From the NCBI GenBank assembly GCA_937873145.1, contig CALMVK010000007.1, positions 853-64,852 of the forward strand: DNA of 64,000 nt. The letters are read 5' to 3'. Each line of letters opens with the position of its first letter. The first letter of the stretch is position 1. The position numbers and the translations under genes are program-made. The notes beneath the pieces were generated by a model that saw nothing but the letters and a program-made list of their open reading frames with translations, was not told the DNA's origin and did not search any database. Source of the DNA: an uncultured Granulicella sp. Lineage in GTDB: Bacteria; Acidobacteriota; Terriglobia; Terriglobales; Acidobacteriaceae. Positions 46,800 to 57,229 of the stretch are shown here, in pieces.

Positions 46800-48788
46800 A
46801 TGGAGTTCCAGCTTATAACGCCGTACAAGCCTCAGGGCGATCAGCCGCGTGCCATTGGGGAGCTGGTCAGCGGGCTGGCCGCAGGCGAGAAGGACCAGGT
46901 ACTGCTCGGTGTAACCGGATCCGGAAAGACCTTTACGATGGCAAAGGTGATCGAATCCGTGCAGCGACCGGCGCTCATCCTCGCCCATAATAAAACGTTA
47001 GCAGCGCAGCTTTATCACGAATTTAAACAGTTCTTTCCGCAAAATGCAGTTGAGTATTTCGTCTCTTACTATGATTACTACCAGCCTGAGGCATATATTC
47101 CTTCAGGCGATCTGTTTATTGAAAAAGAAGCGACTATAAATGAAGAACTCGATAAGCTACGACTTTCTGCAACTCGCAGTCTCTTTGAGCGTCGTGACGC
47201 CATCATCGTTAGTTCCGTCAGCTGTATCTATGGACTAGGTTCACCGGAAGCGTACTACGGCATGTTACTGCTTCTCGAGCGTGGCCAGAAGATACGGCGC
47301 GAAGACATTACGAGACGCCTGGTGGAGATTCTATATGAGCGAAACGACGTTGACTTCCGTCGCGGCACCTTTCGCGTTCGCGGCGATATTATCGAGGTCT
47401 ATCCTACCTACGATGAAAATGCCTACCGCATTGAATTATTTGGCGATGAAATCGATGCACTCTCGCAGATCGATCCGCTCTTTGGCACGGTACGTCAAAA
47501 ATATTCGCGCCTACCGATCTACCCTAAATCTCACTATGTCGTACAACCGGAGCGGAAGAAGTCGGCCAGCGACTCGATCCTGACCGAAATGGAGTGGTGG
47601 GAGAAGGAGCTAGAGCAGCAGGGTCGTCTCGTCGAGTCGCAAAGAATTCATCAGCGCACGCGCTTCGATCTCGAAATGATTAAATCTGTAGGATATTGCC
47701 ACGGAATTGAAAACTATTCCCGGCATTTCTCCGGCCGGCTTCCTGGGGAACCACCTCCCACGCTGCTCGATTATTTTCCTCGAGACTATATTTTGTTTAT
47801 CGATGAGTCTCATGTCACGGTTCCGCAGTTACACGGCATGTGGCATGGCGACCGTTCCCGCAAGCAAAACCTGGTCGACTACGGCTTTCGTCTTCCCAGT
47901 GCCATGGATAATCGTCCTCTTAAATTCGATGAGTTTGAGGGCCGTACCGGGCAGATTATCTATGTTTCGGCAACGCCTGGTCCTTACGAACTAACTAAGT
48001 CTTCGGGCGTAGTCGTGGAACAGATTATTCGGCCTACAGGCTTGGTCGATCCACAGATCGAGATCCGTCCAATCAAGGGCCAGATTGATGATCTTCTCGC
48101 AGAGATCCGCGAACGCGTGAAGCTGAATCAGCGCGTTCTGGTCACGACTCTTACCAAACGGATGTCCGAGGACCTGGCAAATTATTACACCGAGGTCGGC
48201 GTACGCTGCCGCTATATGCACTCGGAGATCGAAACTCTGGAACGGATCAAGCTGTTGCGGGACCTTCGCCGCGGAGAGTACGACGTGCTCATCGGCATCA
48301 ACCTGCTGCGGGAGGGACTCGATCTTCCCGAGGTAAGCCTGGTGGCTATCCTGGATGCCGACAAGGAAGGTTTTCTGCGTTCGCAAGGCTCACTGATCCA
48401 GACGATTGGCCGCGCCGCCAGACATCTTGAAGGACGCGCCCTGCTCTATGCAGACAAGATGACCGATTCGATGCAGCGCGCCATCGACGAAACCAATCGG
48501 CGCCGCGAGAAGCAGGAGCTATACAACGAGGAGAACGGCATCACGCCTGCCACGATCATCCGCGAGATCGACATGGGCCTGGCCGGCATTCTGAAAGCGG
48601 ATTATGCCGACCTGACCGACGCCGCCGAAGGCGTTCCCGACTTTGTGTCCCAGGCAGACCTCGATGTCTACATTGCGAAACTGGAGTCCGATATGCGGGA
48701 ATCGGCAAAGAAATTCGAGTTCGAAAAGGCTGCCCGGCTACGCGATACCGTGAAGGAACTACGCACCAAGGAGTTTTTGTTTAGCTAA
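46800..48788 (+). CDS. uvrB: excinuclease ABC subunit B
   Basis: [34 protein letters not shown] tail [11 protein letters not shown]. Confidence 0.97.
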   Translation: MEFQLITPYKPQGDQPRAIGELVSGLAAGEKDQVLLGVTGSGKTFTMAKVIESVQRPALILAHNKTLAAQLYHEFKQFFPQNAVEYFVSYYDYYQPEAYIPSGDLFIEKEATINEELDKLRLSATRSLFERRDAIIVSSVSCIYGLGSPEAYYGMLLLLERGQKIRREDITRRLVEILYERNDVDFRRGTFRVRGDIIEVYPTYDENAYRIELFGDEIDALSQIDPLFGTVRQKYSRLPIYPKSHYVVQPERKKSASDSILTEMEWWEKELEQQGRLVESQRIHQRTRFDLEMIKSVGYCHGIENYSRHFSGRLPGEPPPTLLDYFPRDYILFIDESHVTVPQLHGMWHGDRSRKQNLVDYGFRLPSAMDNRPLKFDEFEGRTGQIIYVSATPGPYELTKSSGVVVEQIIRPTGLVDPQIEIRPIKGQIDDLLAEIRERVKLNQRVLVTTLTKRMSEDLANYYTEVGVRCRYMHSEIETLERIKLLRDLRRGEYDVLIGINLLREGLDLPEVSLVAILDADKEGFLRSQGSLIQTIGRAARHLEGRALLYADKMTDSMQRAIDETNRRREKQELYNEENGITPATIIREIDMGLAGILKADYADLTDAAEGVPDFVSQADLDVYIAKLESDMRESAKKFEFEKAARLRDTVKELRTKEFLFS

Positions 48789-48890
48789 GCGACCCGCTCT
48801 GCACACAAGCCTGTGAACCGATCGTGTCTTTCAAACGTCTATTCCTTTATTGTTCCAGGAGAGGTCCTTCGGGTCGGATAAACTTAGAAC

Positions 48891-49850
48891 GTGAAGCTAT
48901 CACCGTCTTGCCTCTATCCCTTGGCACCCCTAGCCATTGCGTGCATTTTCTGCAGACCCTGTTTTGCACAGGTGCCTGCAGAAACGGCAGCTCTGACTGG
49001 TTCTGAGCAAGGGGCAGATCTCCCGGACGCACCTTCTTTTTCAAGTTCGCAGCTACAGTCAACTGCACCCTCCCAGTCAAACCCAAACGAAACAGACGCG
49101 CAACGGAAGGCGCGCGAGGAACGTGAAGAAGCAAAACGCGAAGTCAAAGCTGAAAAGAAACAGCGAGTCGTAGGAGTTTTGCCGCTATTCAACGTAGTCC
49201 TCAATGGCCAGGCAGTGCCGCTTACTCCTGGACAAAAATTCGATCTTTCGTTTCACACCATTATCGATCCATACACCGTCGGCCTCGCATTTATCGTAGG
49301 TGGTGGCTTTGGCGAACTGACGGACTCCCACACAGGATATGGGCACGGTCCTGAGGGTTTTTTCAAGCGAGTGGGAGCGAGTTATCTCGATAACATCGAC
49401 GGAAATTTAATCGGCAACGCTCTCTTACCCGTAGTTCTTCACCAGGATCCTCGCTACTACCGAAAAGGAAGCGGCTCCGTTAAGTCCCGTATCGTCTACT
49501 CTGCGCTAACCACGTTTATCTGCCATGGAGACAACGGAAGGCTGCAGTTCAACACGTCGAACGTGGCTGGCAACTTCATTGCAGGCGCCATCTCCAATGC
49601 TTATTATCCTGCCAATGAACGTGGAGTCGGTCTAACGCTTCAAAACGGAGTAACGGTCACCTTGGAAGGAATGGCCGGGGCACAGATCCTGGAGTTCTCT
49701 CCAGATCTGACAGCGTATCTGCGCCGCCGGCGGGAGCGCAAACAGGCGCTTCGGGATGCAGCGGCACAATCCGATGCCACCCCACCTACTCCTGCCGCAC
49801 GCAATCCTTTACCTGCCTCGCCGGCACCTGCAGCAAACCCGCCGCACTAA
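48891..49850 (+). CDS. exported/membrane hypothetical protein, paralog 1
   Basis: Signal peptide, LPDAPS motif, EKKQRVVGVLPLFN, VLHQDPRYYRKG. Confidence 0.8.
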   Translation: MKLSPSCLYPLAPLAIACIFCRPCFAQVPAETAALTGSEQGADLPDAPSFSSSQLQSTAPSQSNPNETDAQRKAREEREEAKREVKAEKKQRVVGVLPLFNVVLNGQAVPLTPGQKFDLSFHTIIDPYTVGLAFIVGGGFGELTDSHTGYGHGPEGFFKRVGASYLDNIDGNLIGNALLPVVLHQDPRYYRKGSGSVKSRIVYSALTTFICHGDNGRLQFNTSNVAGNFIAGAISNAYYPANERGVGLTLQNGVTVTLEGMAGAQILEFSPDLTAYLRRRRERKQALRDAAAQSDATPPTPAARNPLPASPAPAANPPH

Positions 49851-49934
49851 CGATCGTCGCTAAGCCTTCGCTTCCCTTCCCTCTTCTGCATCGTACCCAT
49901 CGATCGGTACACTTTGTCTCGGGAGAACTTTCCT

Positions 49935-50816
49935 GTGCCTCGTTTCAGATGTTTCATCGTGTGCTTGCTGATCGTACCGGCTGGATGGTCCCGGTCTGCA
50001 CAAGCACAATCCCCGGCTGCCCCCGTGGTCAAACCTCCTGCCGCATCCCTGCCGGACGCTCCCTCTGTCTCCGTTCCGTCGCCCGGGGCGGACCAGGAAG
50101 GAGAGACGAAGTCTCAAGCCAAGGCACGCCAGCACGCCGAAGCAGAAAAGGAGGTCAAACAGGAGGAAACGCAGCGCCTTCTGGTAGTCGTGCCAAACTT
50201 CAACACCGTTCTGAGTGGACGGGCGGTGCCTCTGGATAAAAGCCAGAAGACCGAACTTGCCGTCCACGCGACCTTCGATCCGTTCAACTTCGTCTCCGCG
50301 GTCCTGCTTGCCGGCTTGAGTGAATATGAGGCGACCAACCGTGGGTACGGCTGGGGTCCGCAAGGGTATCTCAAGCGTGTCGGCGCTAATCTGGCAGATG
50401 TCTTCGACTCGACCATGTTGGCCGGAGCCGTCTATCCGATTCTGCTCCGCCAAGACCCGCGTTTCTTTAGAAAAGCGACCGGACCGATCAAGGCCCGCAT
50501 TCGTCACGCCTTGCTCGCCCCCTTTGTGTGCCTCGGCGATAACGGCGAATCGCAGCCAAACTACTCAAACATCCTCGGCAACTTCACAGCCGGCGCCATC
50601 TCCAATGTCTATTACCCTGCGCAGAATCGCGGACCTTCGCTTTGGTTGATCAACTCCTCCGTAGTCATGGTCGAAGGATCGCTCGGCAATATCGGCCTCG
50701 AGTTCGCTCCCGACGTCGAGGCCTACTGGAAACGAAGACATCCTAAGCACCCGCCTGCCAACAGCACTCCCGACAGTGGCGCCGCGGCTGCAGTGCCGGC
50801 CCAATCCGTACCCTAG
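49935..50816 (+). CDS. exported/membrane hypothetical protein, paralog 2
   Basis: LPDAPS, EETQRLLVVVPNFN, LLRQDPRFFRKA; GTG 49935 has an RBS (ORF track starts 49914). Confidence 0.8.
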   Translation: MPRFRCFIVCLLIVPAGWSRSAQAQSPAAPVVKPPAASLPDAPSVSVPSPGADQEGETKSQAKARQHAEAEKEVKQEETQRLLVVVPNFNTVLSGRAVPLDKSQKTELAVHATFDPFNFVSAVLLAGLSEYEATNRGYGWGPQGYLKRVGANLADVFDSTMLAGAVYPILLRQDPRFFRKATGPIKARIRHALLAPFVCLGDNGESQPNYSNILGNFTAGAISNVYYPAQNRGPSLWLINSSVVMVEGSLGNIGLEFAPDVEAYWKRRHPKHPPANSTPDSGAAAAVPAQSVP

Positions 50817-50838
50817 CCTGATAGCATGAGAGTTCTCC

Positions 50839-51597
50839 ATGGTCATTCTCAGCGACGAACACGTAGACCTTTCCACACCCTCTGGCTTGATGCGCACCCA
50901 TTTACTGCGGCCTGCTGCGCGCGGCAGCTATCCGGCCATCGTCTTCTACTCTGAGATCTTCCAGGTCACCGCGCCGATCCGCCGCACCGCCGCCATGCTC
51001 GCCGGCCATGGATACATCGTTGCGGTGCCTGAGGTGTACCACGAGTATGAGGCTCCAGGAACCGCGCTGGCCTATGATCAGGCCGGCTCGGATCGCGGAA
51101 ACTTCCTGAAGACACATAAGCCGCTCGCCGCGTACGACGCCGATGCGCGCACTGCGATCCAGTACCTGCTCGCCCGCCCCGATTGCACCGGAAAAGTCGG
51201 AGCCATGGGCATCTGCATGGGTGGACACCTCGCCTTTCGCGCGGCGATGGAGCCCGAGCTAGCCGCTACCGTCTGCTTCTACGCCACAGATATTCATAGC
51301 GGAACCCTCGGCGAAGGAAAGCACGACGACTCGCTGGCCAGAGCCGGTGAGATTCAGGGCGAGCTCTTCATGGCATGGGGGAGACAAGATCCACATGTTC
51401 CTACGGAAGGTCGCATGAAGCTGCTTACTCGTCTAAATGACCTGAATACGCGCCTCAATTGGCACGAAGTCAACGGTGCGCATGCCTTTCTGCGCGACGA
51501 AGGCGTCCGCTACGATCCGGAGCACGCGCACACCATGATGACCCTGGTCTTCGACTTCTTCCACCGCACCCTTGGTCAAGGCAATCGTTTGGACTAA
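50839..51597 (+). CDS. dienelactone hydrolase family protein
   Basis: EIFQV, GICMGG nucleophile, HAF. Confidence 0.9.
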   Translation: MVILSDEHVDLSTPSGLMRTHLLRPAARGSYPAIVFYSEIFQVTAPIRRTAAMLAGHGYIVAVPEVYHEYEAPGTALAYDQAGSDRGNFLKTHKPLAAYDADARTAIQYLLARPDCTGKVGAMGICMGGHLAFRAAMEPELAATVCFYATDIHSGTLGEGKHDDSLARAGEIQGELFMAWGRQDPHVPTEGRMKLLTRLNDLNTRLNWHEVNGAHAFLRDEGVRYDPEHAHTMMTLVFDFFHRTLGQGNRLD

Positions 51598-51625
51598 TTC
51601 CAAGGTGCTCGGCAGCTCTTTCTAA

Positions 51626-51807
51626 CGCCGTCATTCTTGGCACGAACGCCGTCATTTCTGGCTCTAGCGCCGTCATTCCTGGCACGAACCGCCGTCATTT
51701 AGCGCCGTCATTCCTGGCACGAACGCCGTCTTTTAGCGCCGTCATTCCTGGCACGAACGCCGTCTTTTAGCGCCGTCATTCTGGCGAAGCCAGAATCCCC
51801 GTATTTG
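51626..51807 (-). repeat. tandem array of truncated REP arms ending in one intact family A REP
   Basis: Nine CGCCGTC(A/T)TT starts at 51626, 51647, 51668, 51690, 51703, 51724, 51737, 51758, 51771; 21+13 nt alternation. Confidence 0.9.
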
Positions 51808-51843
51808 TTCTCCTTCAAGCCACCCAGCACCAGGAACCTGCTT

Positions 51844-52254
51844 CTAACGCCAACTTACGGCAAGGTGCCACCGCAGTCCACGGGCATCCGTCTTGGTCAG
51901 CACACGCGCGTAATCCTCCAGCTCCTCCAAAACCTGAGGACCCTCGGTCCCCAGCTTATGAGGCTCATCGTGGAGCGCTTCGACCAGCGCTTTAACCGTA
52001 TCCAGCCCTTCAGCGCCAAAATACCACTGCGTGGGAGGCAGCTTCTTGATCAACTCGTGGTTCCCTGCACCCTCTTCAATCAAGAGCGACATCGAGTTCT
52101 CGTCAGCAGAGAAGAAGTCGATCAAGGGTCGCACGTTGAGCGACAACGCAAGTTTCTCCAACGCATCTTCATGACGAGCCAGTGCTCGTCCGTTGACAAA
52201 GATGTCAAAGCCCGGGTCCTCGCCTTCGACCACGATGTACATCGAAGCTGCCAT
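51844..52254 (-). CDS. conserved hypothetical protein
   Basis: 136 aa acidic protein with a TACACT-N6-ATG leaderless signature. Confidence 0.7.
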   Translation of the reverse strand: MAASMYIVVEGEDPGFDIFVNGRALARHEDALEKLALSLNVRPLIDFFSADENSMSLLIEEGAGNHELIKKLPPTQWYFGAEGLDTVKALVEALHDEPHKLGTEGPQVLEELEDYARVLTKTDARGLRWHLAVSWR

Positions 52255-52302
52255 CTTTCCAGTGTACGTGCGGTCTAGAGCGGGAAAAAGAGGTGGTCCA
52301 TT

Positions 52303-53196
52303 TCAAGACACCTCCCGGGAGCCAGCGACCAGCAGCCAGGCTCCCGAAGCAAGCAGCAGCAGCAAGCCTAAACTGGTCGTCCAGGTCGTCTCCGGCCGAA
52401 GCAGAACATAGCCCTCGGCGATGGTGAGCGCCACGGTAAGCGGATAGCGGGAGGAAAAAGCGACTGGCGGCAATTTACCGAGCAGCCACACGGTCACAAG
52501 CATCATCGGGCCATCCAAAAGCAACGTGCGCAGCACTTCCATCTCCACCGTCGGGAAGCTCCATGAGGAGATCCGTCCTGCCTGCGTGAAGCAGCCAGGA
52601 GCGGCAAGCACAAAGGTAGAAGCTGAAAAGATAGCTGTCGCGGGTAGAACAGGCACGTTCCCCAGCCGCTTGTGCAATTGAAGAGCAGCCCAGGCAGACA
52701 AAGCTGCCGTCACGAGCAAAAGAATCAGCCACATCCGAGAGGTGGCTGACGAAGGAAGACTGAAAGGAAGCAGCAGTGCCGCTCCGCCGAAGCCGGCAAG
52801 TGCCGGGACCAGCAGGCCTAAAGGACTCTCCCTAAGACCGAAATCGGCGGTACTCTGTGACACAAAGAAAACGACGAGAGCCGGGATCAACGCAAAGACA
52901 AGCGTCTCGGTCCACACGGAAAGAGAACCCTTTGCATACTCCACAACGAGGATAGGCAAACCCGTCATTAGGATCGAGTAGCCCAGGATAGTGAAGCAAA
53001 CTTTCGCCGAAATAGATTCGCTGCTTGAGCGTCTCTGTACGCGGCAGAACGTACCCAGCATGACAACGAGCAGTCCGCTCCGAAGAGCGATTGCCAGTAG
53101 ACCAGGGATCGTCTCAGGCTTCCACTCTGTCAAAAGCCAGCTTGAGCCTGACAGAAGGCAAAGAGACGAAAATGCCAGCCAGATGCGGAGGCTCAC
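52303..53196 (-). CDS. integral membrane protein, EamA/DMT-like
   Basis: About ten hydrophobic segments; family assignment weak. Confidence 0.6.
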   Translation of the reverse strand: MSLRIWLAFSSLCLLSGSSWLLTEWKPETIPGLLAIALRSGLLVVMLGTFCRVQRRSSSESISAKVCFTILGYSILMTGLPILVVEYAKGSLSVWTETLVFALIPALVVFFVSQSTADFGLRESPLGLLVPALAGFGGAALLLPFSLPSSATSRMWLILLLVTAALSAWAALQLHKRLGNVPVLPATAIFSASTFVLAAPGCFTQAGRISSWSFPTVEMEVLRTLLLDGPMMLVTVWLLGKLPPVAFSSRYPLTVALTIAEGYVLLRPETTWTTSLGLLLLLASGAWLLVAGSREVS

Positions 53197-53252
53197 GGTA
53201 TTTCACGGGATGCTTGAATCGAGTTACCTTGAGCAAAGTGCGTGAGCCCAAT

Positions 53253-53286
53253 AGAAAACGAGGGCCACATCCACGGGTGGCCCTCG
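53253..53286 (-). terminator. pnp terminator
   Basis: CGAGGGCCAC / GTGGCCCTCG hairpin followed by TTTTCT on the minus strand. Confidence 0.8.
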
Positions 53287-53304
53287 CAAACGATCAGACT
53301 CAAA

Positions 53305-55761
53305 CTAGTTTTGTGTTGGACGGTTTGGACCGCCTTGTGCTCCGCCACTGCCGCTACCACCCTGTCCTGGCCGGCGTCCACCTCGGCGCCTGCGCCCGCC
53401 CGGACGACGACCGGCCAATCCGCCCGGTCCTCGATCTCCGCCCGGCTGGCGAGGAGCGATCCCCGGTTGACCGACGCCCACCGGCTGGACATCGTCCGCA
53501 CGATTGAAGTTCGGCTCGTCCTCTCCTTCGATTCCCTCGTCGCTTTCGTCATCGTCGAAGCCGCCATCGTCAGAGAGGTTCTCCGGCTCAGGGCTGGCAA
53601 CCGGCTGGGCACGATTCGTTCCCTGCGCTGGCTCGCCTGTCGGAGGAAGCCCAAGTTTTTCCCGCTGTTCGCGCAGCACAGCCTTACGGGAAAGCTTGAT
53701 GCGATTGCCCTCGATCGTAAGCACCTTGACCAGAATCTGGTCGCCTTCGCGCAACTCATCCTTGACTTCCTTAACACGGTGCTCCGCAATCTCCGAGACA
53801 TGCAACAAACCGTCGGTTCCTGGGAAGATCTCGACGAAAGCCCCAAACTCGGCAAGCCGTACCACCTTGCCAAGATACGTCTTTCCCATCTCCGGGGTGG
53901 CCGTTAAATCAGAGATCATCTGGATCGCGCGTGCCAGTCCGTCGGCATCGCTTGAAGCTACATTGACCCGCCCCGAATCGTCCACGTCGATCTTTACGCC
54001 CGTTGCGTCGATGATGCCGCGGATCACCTTGCCGCCTGGCCCAATCAGATCCCGTATCTTGTCCGTCGGAATCATGATGGTGTGGATGCGCGGAGCGAAG
54101 GCACTCTTCTCAGTCTTTGCGCTCGCGATCGTCGCGTCCATCGTATCCAATAGCTGAAGCCGGCCGCGCCGCGCCTGTTCAAGAGCCTCCCGCATGATCT
54201 GTGCGGTGATGCCCATAATCTTGATGTCCATCTGCAGCGCGGTAATGCCTTTCCGCGTGCCGGCCACCTTGAAGTCCATATCGCCGTAATGATCTTCAGC
54301 ACCGGCTATGTCGGTCAGAATGGCGTATTTGTCGCCTTCTTTCACCAGACCCATGGCAACGCCCGCGACCGCGCCCTTCAGCGGAATGCCGGCCTGCATC
54401 AAGGCCAACGATGCTCCGCACACCGATGCCATTGAGGACGATCCATTCGACTCAAGAATGTCTGAAACCACGCGCAACGTGTAAGGAGACTCCTCCTCGG
54501 CCGGTAGCACCGACTCAATCGCGCGCGAGGCGAGGGCACCATGTCCAATCTCGCGCCGTCCCACGCCCGTCATACGGCCAACTTCACCGACCGAAAAAGG
54601 CGGAAAGTTGTAGTGCAGCATAAATCGCCGCTTTTGCTCACCCTCGTAGCTCTCCAGACGCTGCGCGTCATCCGTCGTGCCGAGTGTCGCCGAGACCAGC
54701 GCCTGTGTTTCCCCGCGGGTAAACAACGCCGACCCATGCACGCGAGGCAGCACGCCCACTTCAATCGTTACCTCACGAATCTGATCGAAGGCACGATGGT
54801 CAGGACGGATGCGGTCGTTCAGAACTTGTTCGCGAAAGATGTTCTCGCGTAATAGTTCGTAGTATTTGCTAAGCCGTTTTGAAAGAACCGAATGAACATG
54901 CGCATCGTCGGTTGGAATCTCTTTCTTCAGCTCGTCCTTTAAAGACTTGACCAGCGCGTAACTCTCAAACTTCGGGTGCTTTTGGGTATCCAGAGCATCG
55001 GCGAGACGAGCGCCAATCTTCGTCTTTAGCTCCTCCAGATAAGTATGGTCGGTCTCGACTGCATGAGTCTCACGTTTCGGCTTACCAGCCACTTTGACGA
55101 GTTCTTCAATGGCAGAACAGATCTTCTTGATCTGCTCATGAGCAAACTCGATCGCATTGACGACATTCTCTTCAGAGACCTGGCGAGCACCGGATTCGAC
55201 CATTACGATCCCATCGGCTGTACCGACGACCATAATATTGACTTCACTCTTTTCGCGCTCGGCATAAGTAGGATTGACAATGAAATTGCCGTCCATCAGG
55301 CCGATCCGTACCGCGCCGACCGGCCCGTGAAAGGGAATATCGGAGAGCGCCAAAGCGCAGCTTGCACCGTTGATCCCCAAAACGTCCGGGTCGTTTTCTT
55401 TATCGGCTGAGTAAACAAACGCGACCACCTGCGTCTCATTGCGAAAAGACTCCGGAAAGAGCGGGCGAATGGGACGGTCAATCTGCCGGCTAGTCAACAC
55501 TTCTTTTTCAGAAGGACGCCCCTCACGCTTGATGAAGCCGCCCGGAATTCTCCCTCCGGCATAGGTGAACTCGCGATATTCAACAGTTAGCGGAAAGAAA
55601 TCGATACCTTCTTTCGGATCAGGAGAGGCTACGGCCGTCGCCAAAATTGCGTTGTCCCCAGAGGTCGTAAATGCCGCGCCGGAGGCCTGTTTCGCCATGC
55701 GTCCGGTCTCAAATCGAATCTGCTTGCCGCCGGCAAGCTCTACAGTTACGTCATGTTTCAT
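53305..55761 (-). CDS. pnp: polyribonucleotide nucleotidyltransferase with long C-terminal tail
   Basis: ETGRMAKQA, RVHGSALFTRGETQ, ESNGSSSMASVC, DHYGDMDFKVAG, KH and S1 domains. Confidence 0.97.
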   Translation of the reverse strand: MKHDVTVELAGGKQIRFETGRMAKQASGAAFTTSGDNAILATAVASPDPKEGIDFFPLTVEYREFTYAGGRIPGGFIKREGRPSEKEVLTSRQIDRPIRPLFPESFRNETQVVAFVYSADKENDPDVLGINGASCALALSDIPFHGPVGAVRIGLMDGNFIVNPTYAEREKSEVNIMVVGTADGIVMVESGARQVSEENVVNAIEFAHEQIKKICSAIEELVKVAGKPKRETHAVETDHTYLEELKTKIGARLADALDTQKHPKFESYALVKSLKDELKKEIPTDDAHVHSVLSKRLSKYYELLRENIFREQVLNDRIRPDHRAFDQIREVTIEVGVLPRVHGSALFTRGETQALVSATLGTTDDAQRLESYEGEQKRRFMLHYNFPPFSVGEVGRMTGVGRREIGHGALASRAIESVLPAEEESPYTLRVVSDILESNGSSSMASVCGASLALMQAGIPLKGAVAGVAMGLVKEGDKYAILTDIAGAEDHYGDMDFKVAGTRKGITALQMDIKIMGITAQIMREALEQARRGRLQLLDTMDATIASAKTEKSAFAPRIHTIMIPTDKIRDLIGPGGKVIRGIIDATGVKIDVDDSGRVNVASSDADGLARAIQMISDLTATPEMGKTYLGKVVRLAEFGAFVEIFPGTDGLLHVSEIAEHRVKEVKDELREGDQILVKVLTIEGNRIKLSRKAVLREQREKLGLPPTGEPAQGTNRAQPVASPEPENLSDDGGFDDDESDEGIEGEDEPNFNRADDVQPVGVGQPGIAPRQPGGDRGPGGLAGRRPGGRRRRGGRRPGQGGSGSGGAQGGPNRPTQN

Positions 55762-55857
55762 AGGTGCCTCTTCTCTATCTCACAATGATTAGATCGGTGG
55801 TGCGACCAGAGGCACGAAAAGTGAAAAAGCCTGACATCGCATGAAGTAGTCGACGTA

Positions 55858-55975
55858 GGCGTCTCGTGATGATCGAGCTGAGCCGACAGTTCTGAAGCTG
55901 TGTAGACTGCCTGCGGAGAGACGCTATCTCTAAAGGAGATTGATCCCAATAAGCCAGCCCGATCCCACGAGCGCC
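55858..55975 (-). promoter_or_regulatory. long stem-loop in pnp leader (candidate RNase III site)
   Basis: Minus-strand arms GGCGCTCGTGGGATCGGGCTGG and TCAGCTCGATCATCACGAGACGCC can pair over about 20 bp. Confidence 0.55.
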
Positions 55976-56102
55976 CATCGTCACCACTGGCAGAAACTCT
56001 ACCACCCCACCAAAGAAATTGTTGGGCAATCTAGCCGTGCTGAGCGATTGGGCCGTACACAGATCCATGAAGCGTTTCCTGGCGGGGGAGGGTAGCCTGC
56101 GC

Positions 56103-56369
56103 TTACTTACGGATACCAAGCTTTGCGATCACTTCGCGGTAACGGTCAGCATCAACCTTCTTTAGATAATCCAGGAGCCGGCGGCGCTTGCTTACCAGCA
56201 TCAGCAAACCCCGACGTGATCCGTGATCCTTCTTGTGCATTTTAAAATGCTCGGTAAGCTCTCCAATGCGTTCGCTCAAAATCGCGATCTGCACCTCGGG
56301 AGAACCGGTATCCGAGTCATGCGTACGAAACTTCTCGATAATGTCTGTTTTCTTTGCGGTTGCCAACAC
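56103..56369 (-). CDS. rpsO: 30S ribosomal protein S15
   Basis: [24 protein letters not shown]. Confidence 0.97.
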   Translation of the reverse strand: MLATAKKTDIIEKFRTHDSDTGSPEVQIAILSERIGELTEHFKMHKKDHGSRRGLLMLVSKRRRLLDYLKKVDADRYREVIAKLGIRK

Positions 56370-56496
56370 AGCGTCTACGACTCCTGATCTTCTGTTCCAC
56401 TCTCAAAGTATCTACGAAAGTCTACCACTGTTTCTCGCGAGGCCAAGACCCAAGCCTATGCCTTCGTCTTCTCGGCCTGCCAGAACGCTCTATCGA

Positions 56497-57186
56497 CTAG
56501 GCAACGTGTGACTTCAAAAAGGCCAACGTTCGTTCCCAGGCAATCTTTGCTTGCTTTGGATTGAAGCTTGCACGGGCATCGCAGTTGAATCCGTGCTCAG
56601 CCCCTTCATAAACGAAAATTTCAACCTCCGGGTGCGCCTCTCTAACTGCTTGGACTTGCTCCGGCCCGATGTGACTGTCTTCCGCGCCGAAGTGGAGCAG
56701 AACGGGACAGTTAGGCTCCTCTTTTGCTACGCCTCCAATCCCTCCAGCATAGTACCCGACGCAGCAATCCGGGGTCAGCCCTAAAGCCGATCCGCGCGTA
56801 GCGGAAAGCCATGCAAGGAACCCCCCGTAGCAGAAGCCCACCACCGCAACTCCACTGGAACTCTCTTGCTTAAGCCTTGTAAAGGCAGCCGCGACATCCA
56901 TCAGCGCAGTCTCCGGCGAAAGCTTTTGCATCAGGCCGAATGCCTTTTGCATGTCTTCACCCTCATATCTCAGCTCGACCCCACGCTCGGTGCGATCGAA
57001 TAAAGCCGGTGCCAGGGCAAGATAGCCTTCCTGGGCGAATCGGTCCGCCACACTGCGGATGTGGGCATTGACCCCAAAAATCTCCTGCACGACTACGATT
57101 GCGCCTTTTGGATCGCCTTCAGGCCTCGCGATGTATGCACTTAGCGTATGACCATCCTGCGCGGTTACTTGCAATGACTCACCCAT
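56497..57186 (-). CDS. dienelactone hydrolase family protein
   Basis: QEIFGVN, GFCYGG, HFGAED, AEHGF. Confidence 0.92.
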   Translation of the reverse strand: MGESLQVTAQDGHTLSAYIARPEGDPKGAIVVVQEIFGVNAHIRSVADRFAQEGYLALAPALFDRTERGVELRYEGEDMQKAFGLMQKLSPETALMDVAAAFTRLKQESSSGVAVVGFCYGGFLAWLSATRGSALGLTPDCCVGYYAGGIGGVAKEEPNCPVLLHFGAEDSHIGPEQVQAVREAHPEVEIFVYEGAEHGFNCDARASFNPKQAKIAWERTLAFLKSHVA

Positions 57187-57229
57187 GAAGCTCCCTTGAT
57201 TCTCCTAAGATTGTTTGTTGCCTGCCACG

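Noticed and set aside
51626-51807. CRISPR array
   Set aside because: The repeat core is only ~10 nt, the intervening sequences are themselves repeated and 3-12 nt long, and no cas genes are nearby; it is REP-derived.
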